From positions 832,001-896,000 of the forward strand of contig CAVXKA010000003.1 of NCBI GenBank assembly GCA_963762255.1: DNA of 64,000 bases, given 5' to 3'. This DNA comes from Candidatus Eiseniibacteriota bacterium (GTDB lineage Bacteria > Eisenbacteria > RBG-16-71-46 > JABDJR01). Both the position numbers and the translations under genes were made by a program. Below the pieces are notes generated by a model. It worked only from the letters and a program-made list of their open reading frames with translations, searched no databases and was not told the DNA's origin. Below are positions 8,531 to 18,264 of the stretch, piece after piece; the stretch's first letter is position 1, and the number at the start of each line of letters is the position of its first letter.

Positions 8531-10704
8531 GCGGCCCTCCGTAACTGCTCGGGCGCATCGGCGGCGCGAACTCCGCCGCGGAAGCGCACAAGCCCATGAA
8601 GGGTGCCCAAGCCGTAGGCCAGGTGGAGAACGGGGAACACCAGGGGAACCAGAAGAAGCTCGGCGTGGCGGGCCACGAGGCGCCTGCCCCGAAGCGCCGC
8701 CGATGCGGCAAGGAATGCATAGAGAGCACCAACGCCGAGGCAGAGCGGGACCAGAGACGGCCACAGGAAGCCGGCGGCAGGTCCGATGACGAGTCCAGCG
8801 CAGAACAGGGCGGGAACGAGATGCCGGGGCCGGAAACCGGCAGGCGTCTTGCGCAACGAGCGCACCTTCCACGAACCGTACTGGGTGTACTGCTTCCAGA
8901 GGGCCCGCCAGGATCCGCGGCACACGTAGCAGGATAGAAGCCGGGGCGACAACACGAGGGTTCCTCCGGCGGCGCGGATACGCGCGTTGAGTTCGTCGTC
9001 CTGGTTTCGGACCAACTCCTCGTCGTAGCCCCCGAGAGCCCGCAAGGTCCTTGCCCAGTAGACACCCATGTACACCGTGTCCGCGGTGCCTTCCCTCTCG
9101 GCATAGTGGAAGGTCGAGTTCCCGACCCCGAAGGGGGACGAGGTGGCGGCGGCCACCGCCCGCCCGAGCGATGACAAGCCTTCGGCGCGCATGGGCCCGC
9201 CCACGCCGGCGGCGCCGGTCCGCCTCAGAACGTCCACCGCTTCCGATACGTAGTCGGGTGCGATGCAGGTGTGGCCGTCCACGCGAACCACGATCTCTCC
9301 CCGAGCCACCTCCAGCGCGGCGTTCATGCCGGTGGGCACGATGCCGGCCGGATTGTCGACGAGCCGCACCGAAATGGGACCTCCGGTGCGACGCCGGACC
9401 CGCTCGCGGGTGTCGTCGGTGGATCTGCCGTCGGCCACGAGCAGTTCGATTCGATCGGAGGGGTAGTCCTGGGCAATGATGGAATCCAGGCAGGCGCCGA
9501 TGTGCGCCGACTCGTTTCGCGCGGGGACGATCACCGATACGAAGGGATGCCTCACTCCTCGCGCTTCCGGGTCGACCGCCATCGCGCGGATGCCGTCACG
9601 GATCTGCGCATCGCGCCAACTCGTTTCGCGGCGATACACCGGCAGAGTCCTGCGCACGATCTCATTCACGCTGGACCGCGCGTGGTAGTGATCGCTCAGG
9701 CCGCGACCGAGTCGCGCGGCCAGTTCGCGGTCGGTCAGCACACGCTCCAGCGCGTCGGCCAGCTTCTCCGGGTCCTCGGCGGGCACGAGGAGGGCGCACT
9801 CCCCATCAATCAGATGGTCCTCCATCCCCCCTACCCGGGTCGCTACGACGGGAGTCTTGTAGCGCGCGGCCAATTGAGGAACGCCGCTCTGCGATCCTGC
9901 GCGGTAGGGCAGGACGAGGACGGCGGCCCGGCCGAACAGTGCGGCCACCCGGTCGGACTCCACATAGCCGAGATCGACTCGGGCGTCGTCGAGACCTTCC
10001 TGCTCCAGGAGTTCTTGATAGGGTGCCCAGGACTTCTCGGCGCGGCCCGCGATGTGAAGCGGAAACCGGACTCCTCGACGACGCAGGATTCCGGCGGCGC
10101 GAATGAGGGTGTCCAATCCCTTCGCGGGATTTATGTAGCCGAAGAAAAGGATTTCGTCGCGGACACTGTCGGAAGACGGAGGCAGCGGAAGCTCCTCGAA
10201 GTTCCCCAGGGGCACGTCCACGACCCGCTCCGGCGACCGGCCCGCCACGCGCGCGACTTCCGCCGACATGGTGGGACCGTGCGCGAAGAGCATGTCGGCC
10301 TGCCGGAGCAGCGCGCGTGCGATCCATCGCCCGCGCCGTCCGGAGTTGTGGGGCACGGCGTTGTGAGCGGTGACGAAGACATCTCGGACCCCGGCCAGTC
10401 TCAGCACGGGGATGAGGAGAGCCAGGTGCCCCGGATGCGAGGCGCTCTGCAAGTGCCAGGTCCTGAAGCCGCGAGCGACGAGCGAATGCACGGCGCGCCA
10501 CAGGCTCACGGGGCGCGTGCGGTGACCGCGGAAGACGCGATGCACTTCGGCCACGGGCGGCCGGTCCGTCCACTCGTAGTCCTCCGCGGTGAGAAGTACG
10601 ACCTCCGCCCCAGCGCGAGTGAGCGCGCGGCAGAGGCACCACGTGTTCTGGGCCACGCCGCCGCGACCTCCCGGCTCGACCATCACGACGCGCTCAGGCA
10701 ACAC
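8527..10704 (-). CDS. Fused GT4 + GT2 (ExoA-like) glycosyltransferase
   Basis: GT4 motifs FFGYINPAKG, LPYRAGSQSG, VVATRVGG; GT2 motifs VSVIVPARNE, ADGRSTDDT, VRVDGH, RNQDDELN; C-terminal TM helices. Confidence 0.88.
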   Translation of the reverse strand: MLPERVVMVEPGGRGGVAQNTWCLCRALTRAGAEVVLLTAEDYEWTDRPPVAEVHRVFRGHRTRPVSLWRAVHSLVARGFRTWHLQSASHPGHLALLIPVLRLAGVRDVFVTAHNAVPHNSGRRGRWIARALLRQADMLFAHGPTMSAEVARVAGRSPERVVDVPLGNFEELPLPPSSDSVRDEILFFGYINPAKGLDTLIRAAGILRRRGVRFPLHIAGRAEKSWAPYQELLEQEGLDDARVDLGYVESDRVAALFGRAAVLVLPYRAGSQSGVPQLAARYKTPVVATRVGGMEDHLIDGECALLVPAEDPEKLADALERVLTDRELAARLGRGLSDHYHARSSVNEIVRRTLPVYRRETSWRDAQIRDGIRAMAVDPEARGVRHPFVSVIVPARNESAHIGACLDSIIAQDYPSDRIELLVADGRSTDDTRERVRRRTGGPISVRLVDNPAGIVPTGMNAALEVARGEIVVRVDGHTCIAPDYVSEAVDVLRRTGAAGVGGPMRAEGLSSLGRAVAAATSSPFGVGNSTFHYAEREGTADTVYMGVYWARTLRALGGYDEELVRNQDDELNARIRAAGGTLVLSPRLLSCYVCRGSWRALWKQYTQYGSWKVRSLRKTPAGFRPRHLVPALFCAGLVIGPAAGFLWPSLVPLCLGVGALYAFLAASAALRGRRLVARHAELLLVPLVFPVLHLAYGLGTLHGLVRFRGGVRAADAPEQLRRAA

Positions 10705-11818
10705 GCACCTCCGGGAAGGTTTCGTCGCCCACCTGTGATTCGAGCCGCATGGAGGGAGCGAACGCCTCGGGGGCAAGGGTCGCCGCGAGCTCTCGGTAGC
10801 CGACCGCGAAGGCGTCGAAGGAGAACGGCGCCCGGACGTAACCGGTCGGGTCAAAGGTGTGCCGAGTCCGGATCACCTCGTCTACGGCGCGCCGCCAATC
10901 CTCCGGCCGGTCCGCGTCCACGATCCAACCCCCGGCAAAGCGACCGGAGAGTCCCGCGAAGACGCCGGTGGCCGACGTGACGACCGGCGCGCCCGCGGCC
11001 ATGGCCTCGAGAGGAACGTAGGCGCAACCCTCGAACCGCGAAGGGAAGAAGAGAACGTCACACGAACGGTAGATCGCGGAGAGCGCTTCCGCGTCGGGAT
11101 CGACGAAGACCCGCGCCTGCGCAGGCGCCGTGCGCGGCGGAGTGGGTGAAGCCACCACGAACTGATACGTCGGGCGCGACGCGGCCAGTCGAAGCAGTCG
11201 GTCGTACCCCTTCTCGCGCGTGGGTCTCCCTGCGAAAGCGACGATCGGACGGTCCGCAGCGAGTTTCAATCTCGCTCGGGCATCGCGCCGATCCTCCGCC
11301 CCACTCGGCGGCTCGACACCGTTATGGACGACGACCGACTCGCAACCATAGTGGCGGCGCACGTCGCGCGCGACCCCCTCCGACACCGCCACTACGGCAT
11401 CGCCCCTGCGGGTGCTGTCGCGCTCCCAGCGGGAGGCCACGTGCCTCGTGTAGAGAGTTTTCGGATGCCATGGCGTCATGGCGTGCCGCGAGTAGCCCGC
11501 GTAATTGCCGTGCATCACCACAACCACCGGCACGGGGCGGCCGGGGAGAGGTTTCGGGAGCGCCATGGCGAGACTCCCGTTGGCCACGATGAGATCGAAA
11601 GGTCGCTCCAGATGGCGACGGACCGCCTCTCGGGCGAGAGCGCGCAGGAGACGCAGCTCACGCAGCCGGCCGGTGGAGAGATCCACGGAAAGGTCCTCGG
11701 CCGCGAGGCACTCGAGGCCGGGGAACACGCGGGAGAGATCGCGCGAGAACGTCTCCACGCCGCCCCTTGCACTTTCAGGCCGGGCGTAGGTGACGAGGAG
11801 AACGCGGGGATCGCTCAT
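10694..11818 (-). CDS. Glycosyltransferase family 4
   Basis: RGGVE, VVAVSEGV, AGRPTREKG, FPSRFEGCAYVPLEAMAAGAPVV. Confidence 0.9.
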   Translation of the reverse strand: MSDPRVLLVTYARPESARGGVETFSRDLSRVFPGLECLAAEDLSVDLSTGRLRELRLLRALAREAVRRHLERPFDLIVANGSLAMALPKPLPGRPVPVVVVMHGNYAGYSRHAMTPWHPKTLYTRHVASRWERDSTRRGDAVVAVSEGVARDVRRHYGCESVVVHNGVEPPSGAEDRRDARARLKLAADRPIVAFAGRPTREKGYDRLLRLAASRPTYQFVVASPTPPRTAPAQARVFVDPDAEALSAIYRSCDVLFFPSRFEGCAYVPLEAMAAGAPVVTSATGVFAGLSGRFAGGWIVDADRPEDWRRAVDEVIRTRHTFDPTGYVRAPFSFDAFAVGYRELAATLAPEAFAPSMRLESQVGDETFPEVRVA

Positions 11819-12756
11819 GTCGCCATCCCCAGCTTGCGGCGTGTCTTGTCGAGGAATCGCCCCTCCCACCACGCTCGAGCCACAAGCCACCACGTCGGGC
11901 CGTTGACGGCCTCGGGGTACGCTCCAGCGAGCCAATCCCTGTGCTTCTTCAGGAAGCGATGGTTGTTGCGTAGCACGCTCCACTCATAGGCAAGACGGCT
12001 GCGTGCGCGCTGGCCACCGCGGTGGCCGGCCATGGCCTTGGGGGTGTGGTAGCAGACGGCATGCGGGCAGAAGCCCACACGGAATCCGGCGCGCGCGGCG
12101 GAGATCTGGAAGTCGGTCTCCTCGCGCCACGCGTTGCCTTCGAAGCGTGCGTCGTAGCTCACCCGCGCGAAGACCTCGCGCCGGACGAGCATGACGGCCT
12201 GGATGAGCGGGACCGCCAGGTCCTCCGCGACACGCGAGCAATCGTTGAAGAGAAGCAGCCGCGTATCCACCACGGGGCGGGCGGCCTCCGCGACCACGCG
12301 GGCCTCCGCCTCTTCGGGAGTCTCGCCCGGCCGGAGCCAGATGCGCCGGCCCGCGATCAGATCGAACTGCCCGCGTCGGGCATGGTCCAAGAGCGTGTGC
12401 ACGTACTCGTCGCCGAGAAGCACGTCGTCGTCCACCAGGAGAATCCACTCCCCCCGCGCTTGCGCCAGCCCGCGGTTGCGCGCGCGCGGACTTCCCCCGT
12501 TGCGCTCCATGCGCACCGGACGTAGTGCGGGGCGCGACGCGGCCGCGGCCTGGAGCCAGGACCACGTGCCGTCGCCGCTCCCATCGTCCACGACCACGAC
12601 CTCGCCCACTCCGGTCTGCCCGAGACAGGCGGGAAGGGTGGTCTCGAGAACCGGTCGCCGGTTGTAGGTCGGTACGACGATGGAGACGGATCCCGGCGGA
12701 AGACCGGGTGCGGCCGGAATGCGGGTTGCAGTGTCTGTCGATTCGTGGCGCATCAA
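11815..12756 (-). CDS. Glycosyltransferase family 2
   Basis: VSIVVPTYNR, VVVDDGSGD, ARNRG, LLVDDD, REETDF. Confidence 0.9.
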   Translation of the reverse strand: MMRHESTDTATRIPAAPGLPPGSVSIVVPTYNRRPVLETTLPACLGQTGVGEVVVVDDGSGDGTWSWLQAAAASRPALRPVRMERNGGSPRARNRGLAQARGEWILLVDDDVLLGDEYVHTLLDHARRGQFDLIAGRRIWLRPGETPEEAEARVVAEAARPVVDTRLLLFNDCSRVAEDLAVPLIQAVMLVRREVFARVSYDARFEGNAWREETDFQISAARAGFRVGFCPHAVCYHTPKAMAGHRGGQRARSRLAYEWSVLRNNHRFLKKHRDWLAGAYPEAVNGPTWWLVARAWWEGRFLDKTRRKLGMAT

Positions 12757-14213
12757 GCGGCCTTTCGCAGCGGCTCGGCGGGCAGCCGAAGCGCGACCAG
12801 ATCGGAACGATCATGGCTTCTGAGGAAGCAAAGCCCGTAGACGAGCAGCGCGCTGCCGGTGGCACCGGCTGTTCCGAGAAGCGTGCGATCCAGACCGATC
12901 TCTCGGGCCAGAAGAGCGACGAGCGCGGCGAGCGCCCCGGCTCCGAGCGCCGGGGCCATGGTGCGCCAACCTCTGGACTGGCTCACGCCGACGAATCGGA
13001 AGGACATTGCGAGCGCCAGCGTTCCACCGATCGCCATGCCCACGGTGAAGACGATCGCCACCCCCGCCACGGAACTGGGCGGATGGATGAGGAAGAAGCA
13101 CAGCGACGAGAGCTGAACGATGTTCACGAGCAGGAAGAGACCGCTCCGGCGGCGGGCAAGGAATGCGGCCCCGCTCAGTCCCCCGAGTCCCCGGAAGAAT
13201 CCGTAGACGGCGAGGATCTGGAGCAGCGGCGCCGCGGCGGCCCAGGCCGGGCCGTAGACCGCGGGAAGAAGTCGAGGTCCAACCCAACCGATGAGGCCGA
13301 CCAGCGGCACAAGGGCCCACGCCAAGAGCGCAAGAATCCGCAGGTACGCAGCGCGAACCTCGCGACCCTCGCGCTCGAGCTGGGAAAAAGCGGAGAAGGC
13401 CACGCGTCCGAGAACGCCGGTGATGATGGTGACCGGCATGTTGGCAAGACCGAAGGCGAGGAGGTACACGCCGAGGTCTTCGCTCCCCAGGAGCCGACCG
13501 ATCAGCGTGCGATCCAGGGTCAGGAACACGAAGGCAGCCAGCGCCGCCAGCGTGACCCAACGTCCGAAGCGGAACAGCGATCCCGCCACCGCGCGGTTGA
13601 ATGTCAGGCGGGGGCGAAATCCGGCGAGGCGCACGGCGAGGACGGCTCCCACTCCCAGCGAAAGCACGTGAGCCGCGACAAGTCCGAGTTCCCCTCCCCC
13701 GGCGATGGCGGCACCGACGGCCGCGAGCGCGAATGCCGCGGCGGGCCACCACTCCGTCCACGCACGGCGGCGAAAGTCCAGCCGCCGCTCGAGTAGTGTG
13801 GCGGGAACGAGAGCGATCGCGGTGAGCAGCGGGATGGGGGCGGCCACGCGCAGCACGCGCGCCAGTTCCGCTCCCCCGCCGAAGAGGGTCGCGATCCCGC
13901 GCGCGTCGATCAGCACCAGCGCAGAGAGACCAGCGGCCAGCGCCACCACGACGGTGAAGACCGTGGACGCGGCGGGCTCCTCGTCGCCGCCGTCCCGCAG
14001 CAACGCCTTTCCAAATCCAAGGTCCTGGAAGAGGCTCAACGTGGACGTGACGATCAGAGCCATGCCGACAACGCCGAAGTCACGCGGGCTGAGAAGGCGG
14101 GCCAAGACGATGCCGGCTGCGAACGTGAGGCCGCGAGCGCCGACCACCGAGCCCAGAGCCCAGAGGGAAGCCATCGCACCGTCGCGAGCGGTGATCGATG
14201 AACGCCCGCTCAT
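12753..14213 (-). CDS. wzx: Wzx (WzxC-like) polysaccharide flippase
   Basis: VLARLLSPRDFG, LFQDLG, DRTLIGRLLG, LGVY; about 12 hydrophobic segments. Confidence 0.87.
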   Translation of the reverse strand: MSGRSSITARDGAMASLWALGSVVGARGLTFAAGIVLARLLSPRDFGVVGMALIVTSTLSLFQDLGFGKALLRDGGDEEPAASTVFTVVVALAAGLSALVLIDARGIATLFGGGAELARVLRVAAPIPLLTAIALVPATLLERRLDFRRRAWTEWWPAAAFALAAVGAAIAGGGELGLVAAHVLSLGVGAVLAVRLAGFRPRLTFNRAVAGSLFRFGRWVTLAALAAFVFLTLDRTLIGRLLGSEDLGVYLLAFGLANMPVTIITGVLGRVAFSAFSQLEREGREVRAAYLRILALLAWALVPLVGLIGWVGPRLLPAVYGPAWAAAAPLLQILAVYGFFRGLGGLSGAAFLARRRSGLFLLVNIVQLSSLCFFLIHPPSSVAGVAIVFTVGMAIGGTLALAMSFRFVGVSQSRGWRTMAPALGAGALAALVALLAREIGLDRTLLGTAGATGSALLVYGLCFLRSHDRSDLVALRLPAEPLRKAA

Positions 14214-16072
14214 GCGGCCCTGCGATCCCGGGGCGCGGCGTCGCCCCGCGCGGTGTCCAAGGCGGGAAGGCGGATCACGGTAATGCGGTGACCGCAGAGC
14301 CACGGCAGAGTGCCGAGCATCTCGGCGAGCAGCCACGACCCGGGCGCCGTCCGACGGGAAAGAATCGGGTTCAGCGTCACGATTCGACTGCTCACCGTGG
14401 CGCTCGGGTGGAAGCGTTTCGCCTCGTTCACGCCGACCGGCCGCACATCCCGGTTGTCGGGACGCGTGATCCGCATGTCGTACCACACGATGCACCCGCC
14501 GGGCCGAGTCACGCGCTCCATGTCTCTCGCCAGGTCGAGCCGGGTCGTGTCATCGAGCACGCTGCTCAGCATCGTGCATTGCAGTGTCAGGTCGAAGGTC
14601 GCATCGGCGAAGGGAAGGTGACGACCGTCGCCCGCGATGAGAGCCAGGGAAGGACAGCGCGCTCTCCCCTCGCGGAGACGGCTCATCCGCAGGTCCACGC
14701 CGTATACATTGGCGGCGCGTGCCCCGAGCGTGAGGAGCTGGAGCAGGAGACCTCCCCCGCCGCTTCCGACGTCCAGGATGCGGAGATCGGAAAGGCTCTC
14801 GATCGCCTCGTGAGCCAACGCACGCACGAGACCGCGTTCCATCTGCTGTCGTTCGAGAAGTGCCGCCGGCCGCAGCGGCTGGTAGCGGGCCCCCAGAGCC
14901 CGCCGAGCGCGGCGCTCGTACACGGAGTGAATCCGCTCGACCTCTACGAGCTGAGCGACTTCCGCAGATCCGGACTGCCGGACGGTCGGCGACGGCGCAT
15001 CCTCCTCCGACATCCGCCACGCGGGCAGATGCAGGAATCGCGCAGCAATGCGTTCCGGCGTGAATTGGGCCAGGTGGAGGCGGTGCCCGTTTGCGGCCAT
15101 TCGCATCGCCATGCGAGACGCGTCGCGAAGGCTCACAAGCGCCTCTGCGAGCGCGTCGGGGTCGGCGGGAGGCACCAGCAGTGCGTTCTCGCCGGATCGC
15201 AACCACTCCCGGGCACCCGGCGTATCGCCGGTAACGAGGCAGCGGGTCGAGGCCAAGGCGAGGTAGGCCTTCTTGGGAATCACGACGCGCGCCTTCACGC
15301 CGTCGTCGAAGATTCCGAGAACGACGTCCGCCCGATCCAGATGCTCGGTGAGCTCCCGATACGGCACGGCGGGTAGGAACCGCACGTTGTCGAGACCGTG
15401 AGACGCGACGAACGACTCGGCGGCGCTCCGCGCTTGCCCGACGCCGATCAAGGTGAAGAGCACCCTCTCCCCGCGGAGCTTGCGCGCCGCTTCCAGGATC
15501 ACGGGCACGCCGTGGAGCGGAATGTAGTGGCCCACATAGAGAACCCGCAGGGGATCCTTTGCGCCGCGGGGCCGCATGGGCGAGCACGGCACCGATTCGG
15601 CCCCCACCGGAATCACCGTCGCGAGCCGGGGAGACAGCCCGTACCTTTCGGCGAGGAGATCGCGGTGCGCGGCCGTATCCACGATGAAGTGGTCGGCGCA
15701 TCGAGCGAGGGTCGCATCGAGAAGGCGAGTTCGAAGGGCGCGAGCCGAGAATCGGGACGCGTTGTGCCGGTCCACGATCTCGCTCATGTGGAGCGAGGCG
15801 AAGTAGTCGGCCACCAGCGGCCGCTGCGCGCGCCGCACGCGCCAGCCGGCGGCCGCGGCGTCGTGCTGGGCCACCTTCGGGAGGAATACGAGATCGGCCC
15901 ATTCCAGGAGATCGTCGGAGAGCGCCATCAGGGTCCGCCCGCGGCTCCACACGCCCCCCGTGAGAGTGATCTCGCGGGACTCGACGCCGGCGCGTTCAAG
16001 TCCGAGGGACAGCACCCGATTGCGCGGGCTCGCCGTACCCCAGGATCCCAGGACGAGGAGTCGGCGGGTCAT
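14210..16072 (-). CDS. Fused GT4 glycosyltransferase + class I SAM methyltransferase
   Basis: YVGHYIPLHG, VVIPKKAYLALA (GT4-like), then RILDVGSGGG, GDGRHLPFADATFD, RVTRPGG. Confidence 0.85.
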   Translation of the reverse strand: MTRRLLVLGSWGTASPRNRVLSLGLERAGVESREITLTGGVWSRGRTLMALSDDLLEWADLVFLPKVAQHDAAAAGWRVRRAQRPLVADYFASLHMSEIVDRHNASRFSARALRTRLLDATLARCADHFIVDTAAHRDLLAERYGLSPRLATVIPVGAESVPCSPMRPRGAKDPLRVLYVGHYIPLHGVPVILEAARKLRGERVLFTLIGVGQARSAAESFVASHGLDNVRFLPAVPYRELTEHLDRADVVLGIFDDGVKARVVIPKKAYLALASTRCLVTGDTPGAREWLRSGENALLVPPADPDALAEALVSLRDASRMAMRMAANGHRLHLAQFTPERIAARFLHLPAWRMSEEDAPSPTVRQSGSAEVAQLVEVERIHSVYERRARRALGARYQPLRPAALLERQQMERGLVRALAHEAIESLSDLRILDVGSGGGGLLLQLLTLGARAANVYGVDLRMSRLREGRARCPSLALIAGDGRHLPFADATFDLTLQCTMLSSVLDDTTRLDLARDMERVTRPGGCIVWYDMRITRPDNRDVRPVGVNEAKRFHPSATVSSRIVTLNPILSRRTAPGSWLLAEMLGTLPWLCGHRITVIRLPALDTARGDAAPRDRRAA

Positions 16073-17265
16073 CCTCGGCCCACCGCCGGGGCGTCGAGCA
16101 GACCGGCGCCGAGGCGCGATCCTTGCGGCCCGGAGATGACGCGACGGAGCGTGTCGTCGGTGGCCTCGATGAAGTTGTCCGCGGTGAACAGACGATCGAA
16201 GCGTTCTCTCCCCCGGGCGCCGAGTTCGGCGCACCACACCGGAGCGAGAAGAAGCCGGGAGAGGGCGTCGATCCAGGCATCGACCGCGTCCGGCTCGACC
16301 AGAATCCCCGTGACGCCGTCCTCGACGACTTCAGGAATGCCGCCGGTGCGACTCGCCACGATCGCGCGGCCGTAGCTCATGGCCTCGGTCAGCACGCGCC
16401 CGAATCCCTCCCAGCGGGAGGCAAGGCACACGACATCGGCCGCTCCAAGGTAGGGACCGGCGTCCGGTACCGCACCGGTGAAGGTCACACGATCGGCAAC
16501 GTTGTTGCGAGCGACCAGATCGCGCAATGTCGGCTCCCAACTGCCGGAGCCGACAAGAACGAGACGGACGGAATGGCCGCAGCTTACGAGGCCGGCTACG
16601 GCGGCGATGAGCACGTCCGCTCCCTTCGAGGGCTCCAGGGAGCCGGCCTGGACGATGAGCCTCTCGTCTGCGGTGCGGCGGAGCGCTTCGCCGAGGCGGC
16701 GGCTTTCGGCGCGTCGATCGGCGTCGGGAGGATCCGTGCCGTTCCATATCGTGGTCACGCGCGAAGCGGGGAGGTTCAGGATGCGGCACGCGTTGCCGGA
16801 TACCGCCTCCGAGATGCCGAGGAGATGGTCGGGGAAGCCAGCCAGAAACCATCGGTGCGCGCGATTGATCGCGTCGCTTCCCGCCACTCCCTCGGCGTTC
16901 ACCAACATGCCGTGGATGGTCGTCACCAACCGGGGTCTCCGGTCGGGTCGAAGCGTTCGGGCGGCAAGCGCGGCCATCCCGCCAAGCAGATCCGCGTTCC
17001 GGCAATGCGTGTGCACGACATCCACGTCCTCGCGCCGGCAGTACTGGACGAGACGCAGAACGGATTCGACATCGGACCGACCGGATAGGGACACGGGAAG
17101 GTACGACGCGTTTCCGATCGCGCCAGGATCGTTGAGCAGGCCGCCGGGAGGCGCCGCCACCGTCACGCGCCAGTCCCGCTTCGAGAGACGGCTGGCGAGC
17201 ATGGCGGTATGCCGCTCGCTACCTGCGCGCAAGTTGTATCCCTGCACTTCAAGAACGTGGAACAT
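16069..17265 (-). CDS. Glycosyltransferase family 4
   Basis: AGSERH, GSLEPSKG, SRWEGFGRVLTEAM, GGIPEVVEDGVTG. Confidence 0.92.
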   Translation of the reverse strand: MFHVLEVQGYNLRAGSERHTAMLASRLSKRDWRVTVAAPPGGLLNDPGAIGNASYLPVSLSGRSDVESVLRLVQYCRREDVDVVHTHCRNADLLGGMAALAARTLRPDRRPRLVTTIHGMLVNAEGVAGSDAINRAHRWFLAGFPDHLLGISEAVSGNACRILNLPASRVTTIWNGTDPPDADRRAESRRLGEALRRTADERLIVQAGSLEPSKGADVLIAAVAGLVSCGHSVRLVLVGSGSWEPTLRDLVARNNVADRVTFTGAVPDAGPYLGAADVVCLASRWEGFGRVLTEAMSYGRAIVASRTGGIPEVVEDGVTGILVEPDAVDAWIDALSRLLLAPVWCAELGARGRERFDRLFTADNFIEATDDTLRRVISGPQGSRLGAGLLDAPAVGRG

Positions 17266-17676
17266 CGTGCCGCCTTCGTGACCGGAGATGAATAGACCGT
17301 CTTTCCGTCATCGACCCCCACTGCGGCGCTGCTGAGTCATAACCGTGCGACTCGCGCGAAACGCAGCGATAATTCGAAAATATATATCGTTTTGACCGCC
17401 TGCCCGGAGTCCTGCCGAATCGCAGTCATTGCCGTAGAAATCGCCTTTTCGCGCGAGACGCGTGCGCGAACCGCATGCGACGAACCACTCTACGTATTGA
17501 TCTCATTCCGCGAGACAATTCCACTGTCCGTCTCGTTTGGGAAGATTTGTGTCGGCCTCGCTCCAAATGGAGGAGGGTCCAGCTCAAGCCACAGGGCTAA
17601 ACGCACGAAGACTGGGTGTGGCCCGAGCGCGTGTCCCCGTGGGGATTCGCTCGGGCCCTGGAAAGGAATCCACCCG

Positions 17677-18216
17677 ATGGCCCGATTCGTCCGTCCGCGC
17701 CTGCTCGTCGCGCTCGCGATCTTGTGCATAGCCATGTCGCCGACTGCTGCAATCTCCGCTCCCCCATCCAATCCGGATGCGACCGAGATGGGGCAGGAGG
17801 AGTTGGCGATCCCCTCCGGGATCTCCCGGTACCGCCTGCAACTCGACCAGGGAGAGAACATGATCGAGTTCTCTGTCTCCGTCTGGGGCGAGGTACGGCG
17901 TCCCGGTCTGTATTCGGTTCCCGAAGGCACGACGCTGCTCGACTTGATCTCTCTGGCCGGGGGACCGACCAGTGCGGCCAAGTTGAACGACGTGAAGTTG
18001 GTGAGGTCCGCCAGCGTCACGACCGGCAGGAAGAGCGTCGTGGAAGTGAACCTCGACGACTTCATCAAGGAGGGAGATCCTGAAGTTCAGACGCTTCTGA
18101 TCCCCGACGATACGGTGGTCATCAAGGCCAAGCACTCGACGAGCATTCTCAAGTGGACGAGCTTCGTCTCCGTTCTCGCGCTGGTCGCCAACGTGGTGGT
18201 CAACGGAACCAAGTAG
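17677..18216 (+). CDS. SLBB-domain polysaccharide export protein (Wza/KpsD-like, short)
   Basis: Signal peptide, VSVWGEVRRPGLY, LLDLISLAGG, LIPDDTVVI, C-terminal helix. Confidence 0.85.
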   Translation: MARFVRPRLLVALAILCIAMSPTAAISAPPSNPDATEMGQEELAIPSGISRYRLQLDQGENMIEFSVSVWGEVRRPGLYSVPEGTTLLDLISLAGGPTSAAKLNDVKLVRSASVTTGRKSVVEVNLDDFIKEGDPEVQTLLIPDDTVVIKAKHSTSILKWTSFVSVLALVANVVVNGTK

Positions 18217-18264
18217 CAGGGAGTTCTCCGGTCTCGCGAAACCCCCTCGGAAGGATCAATCTCC

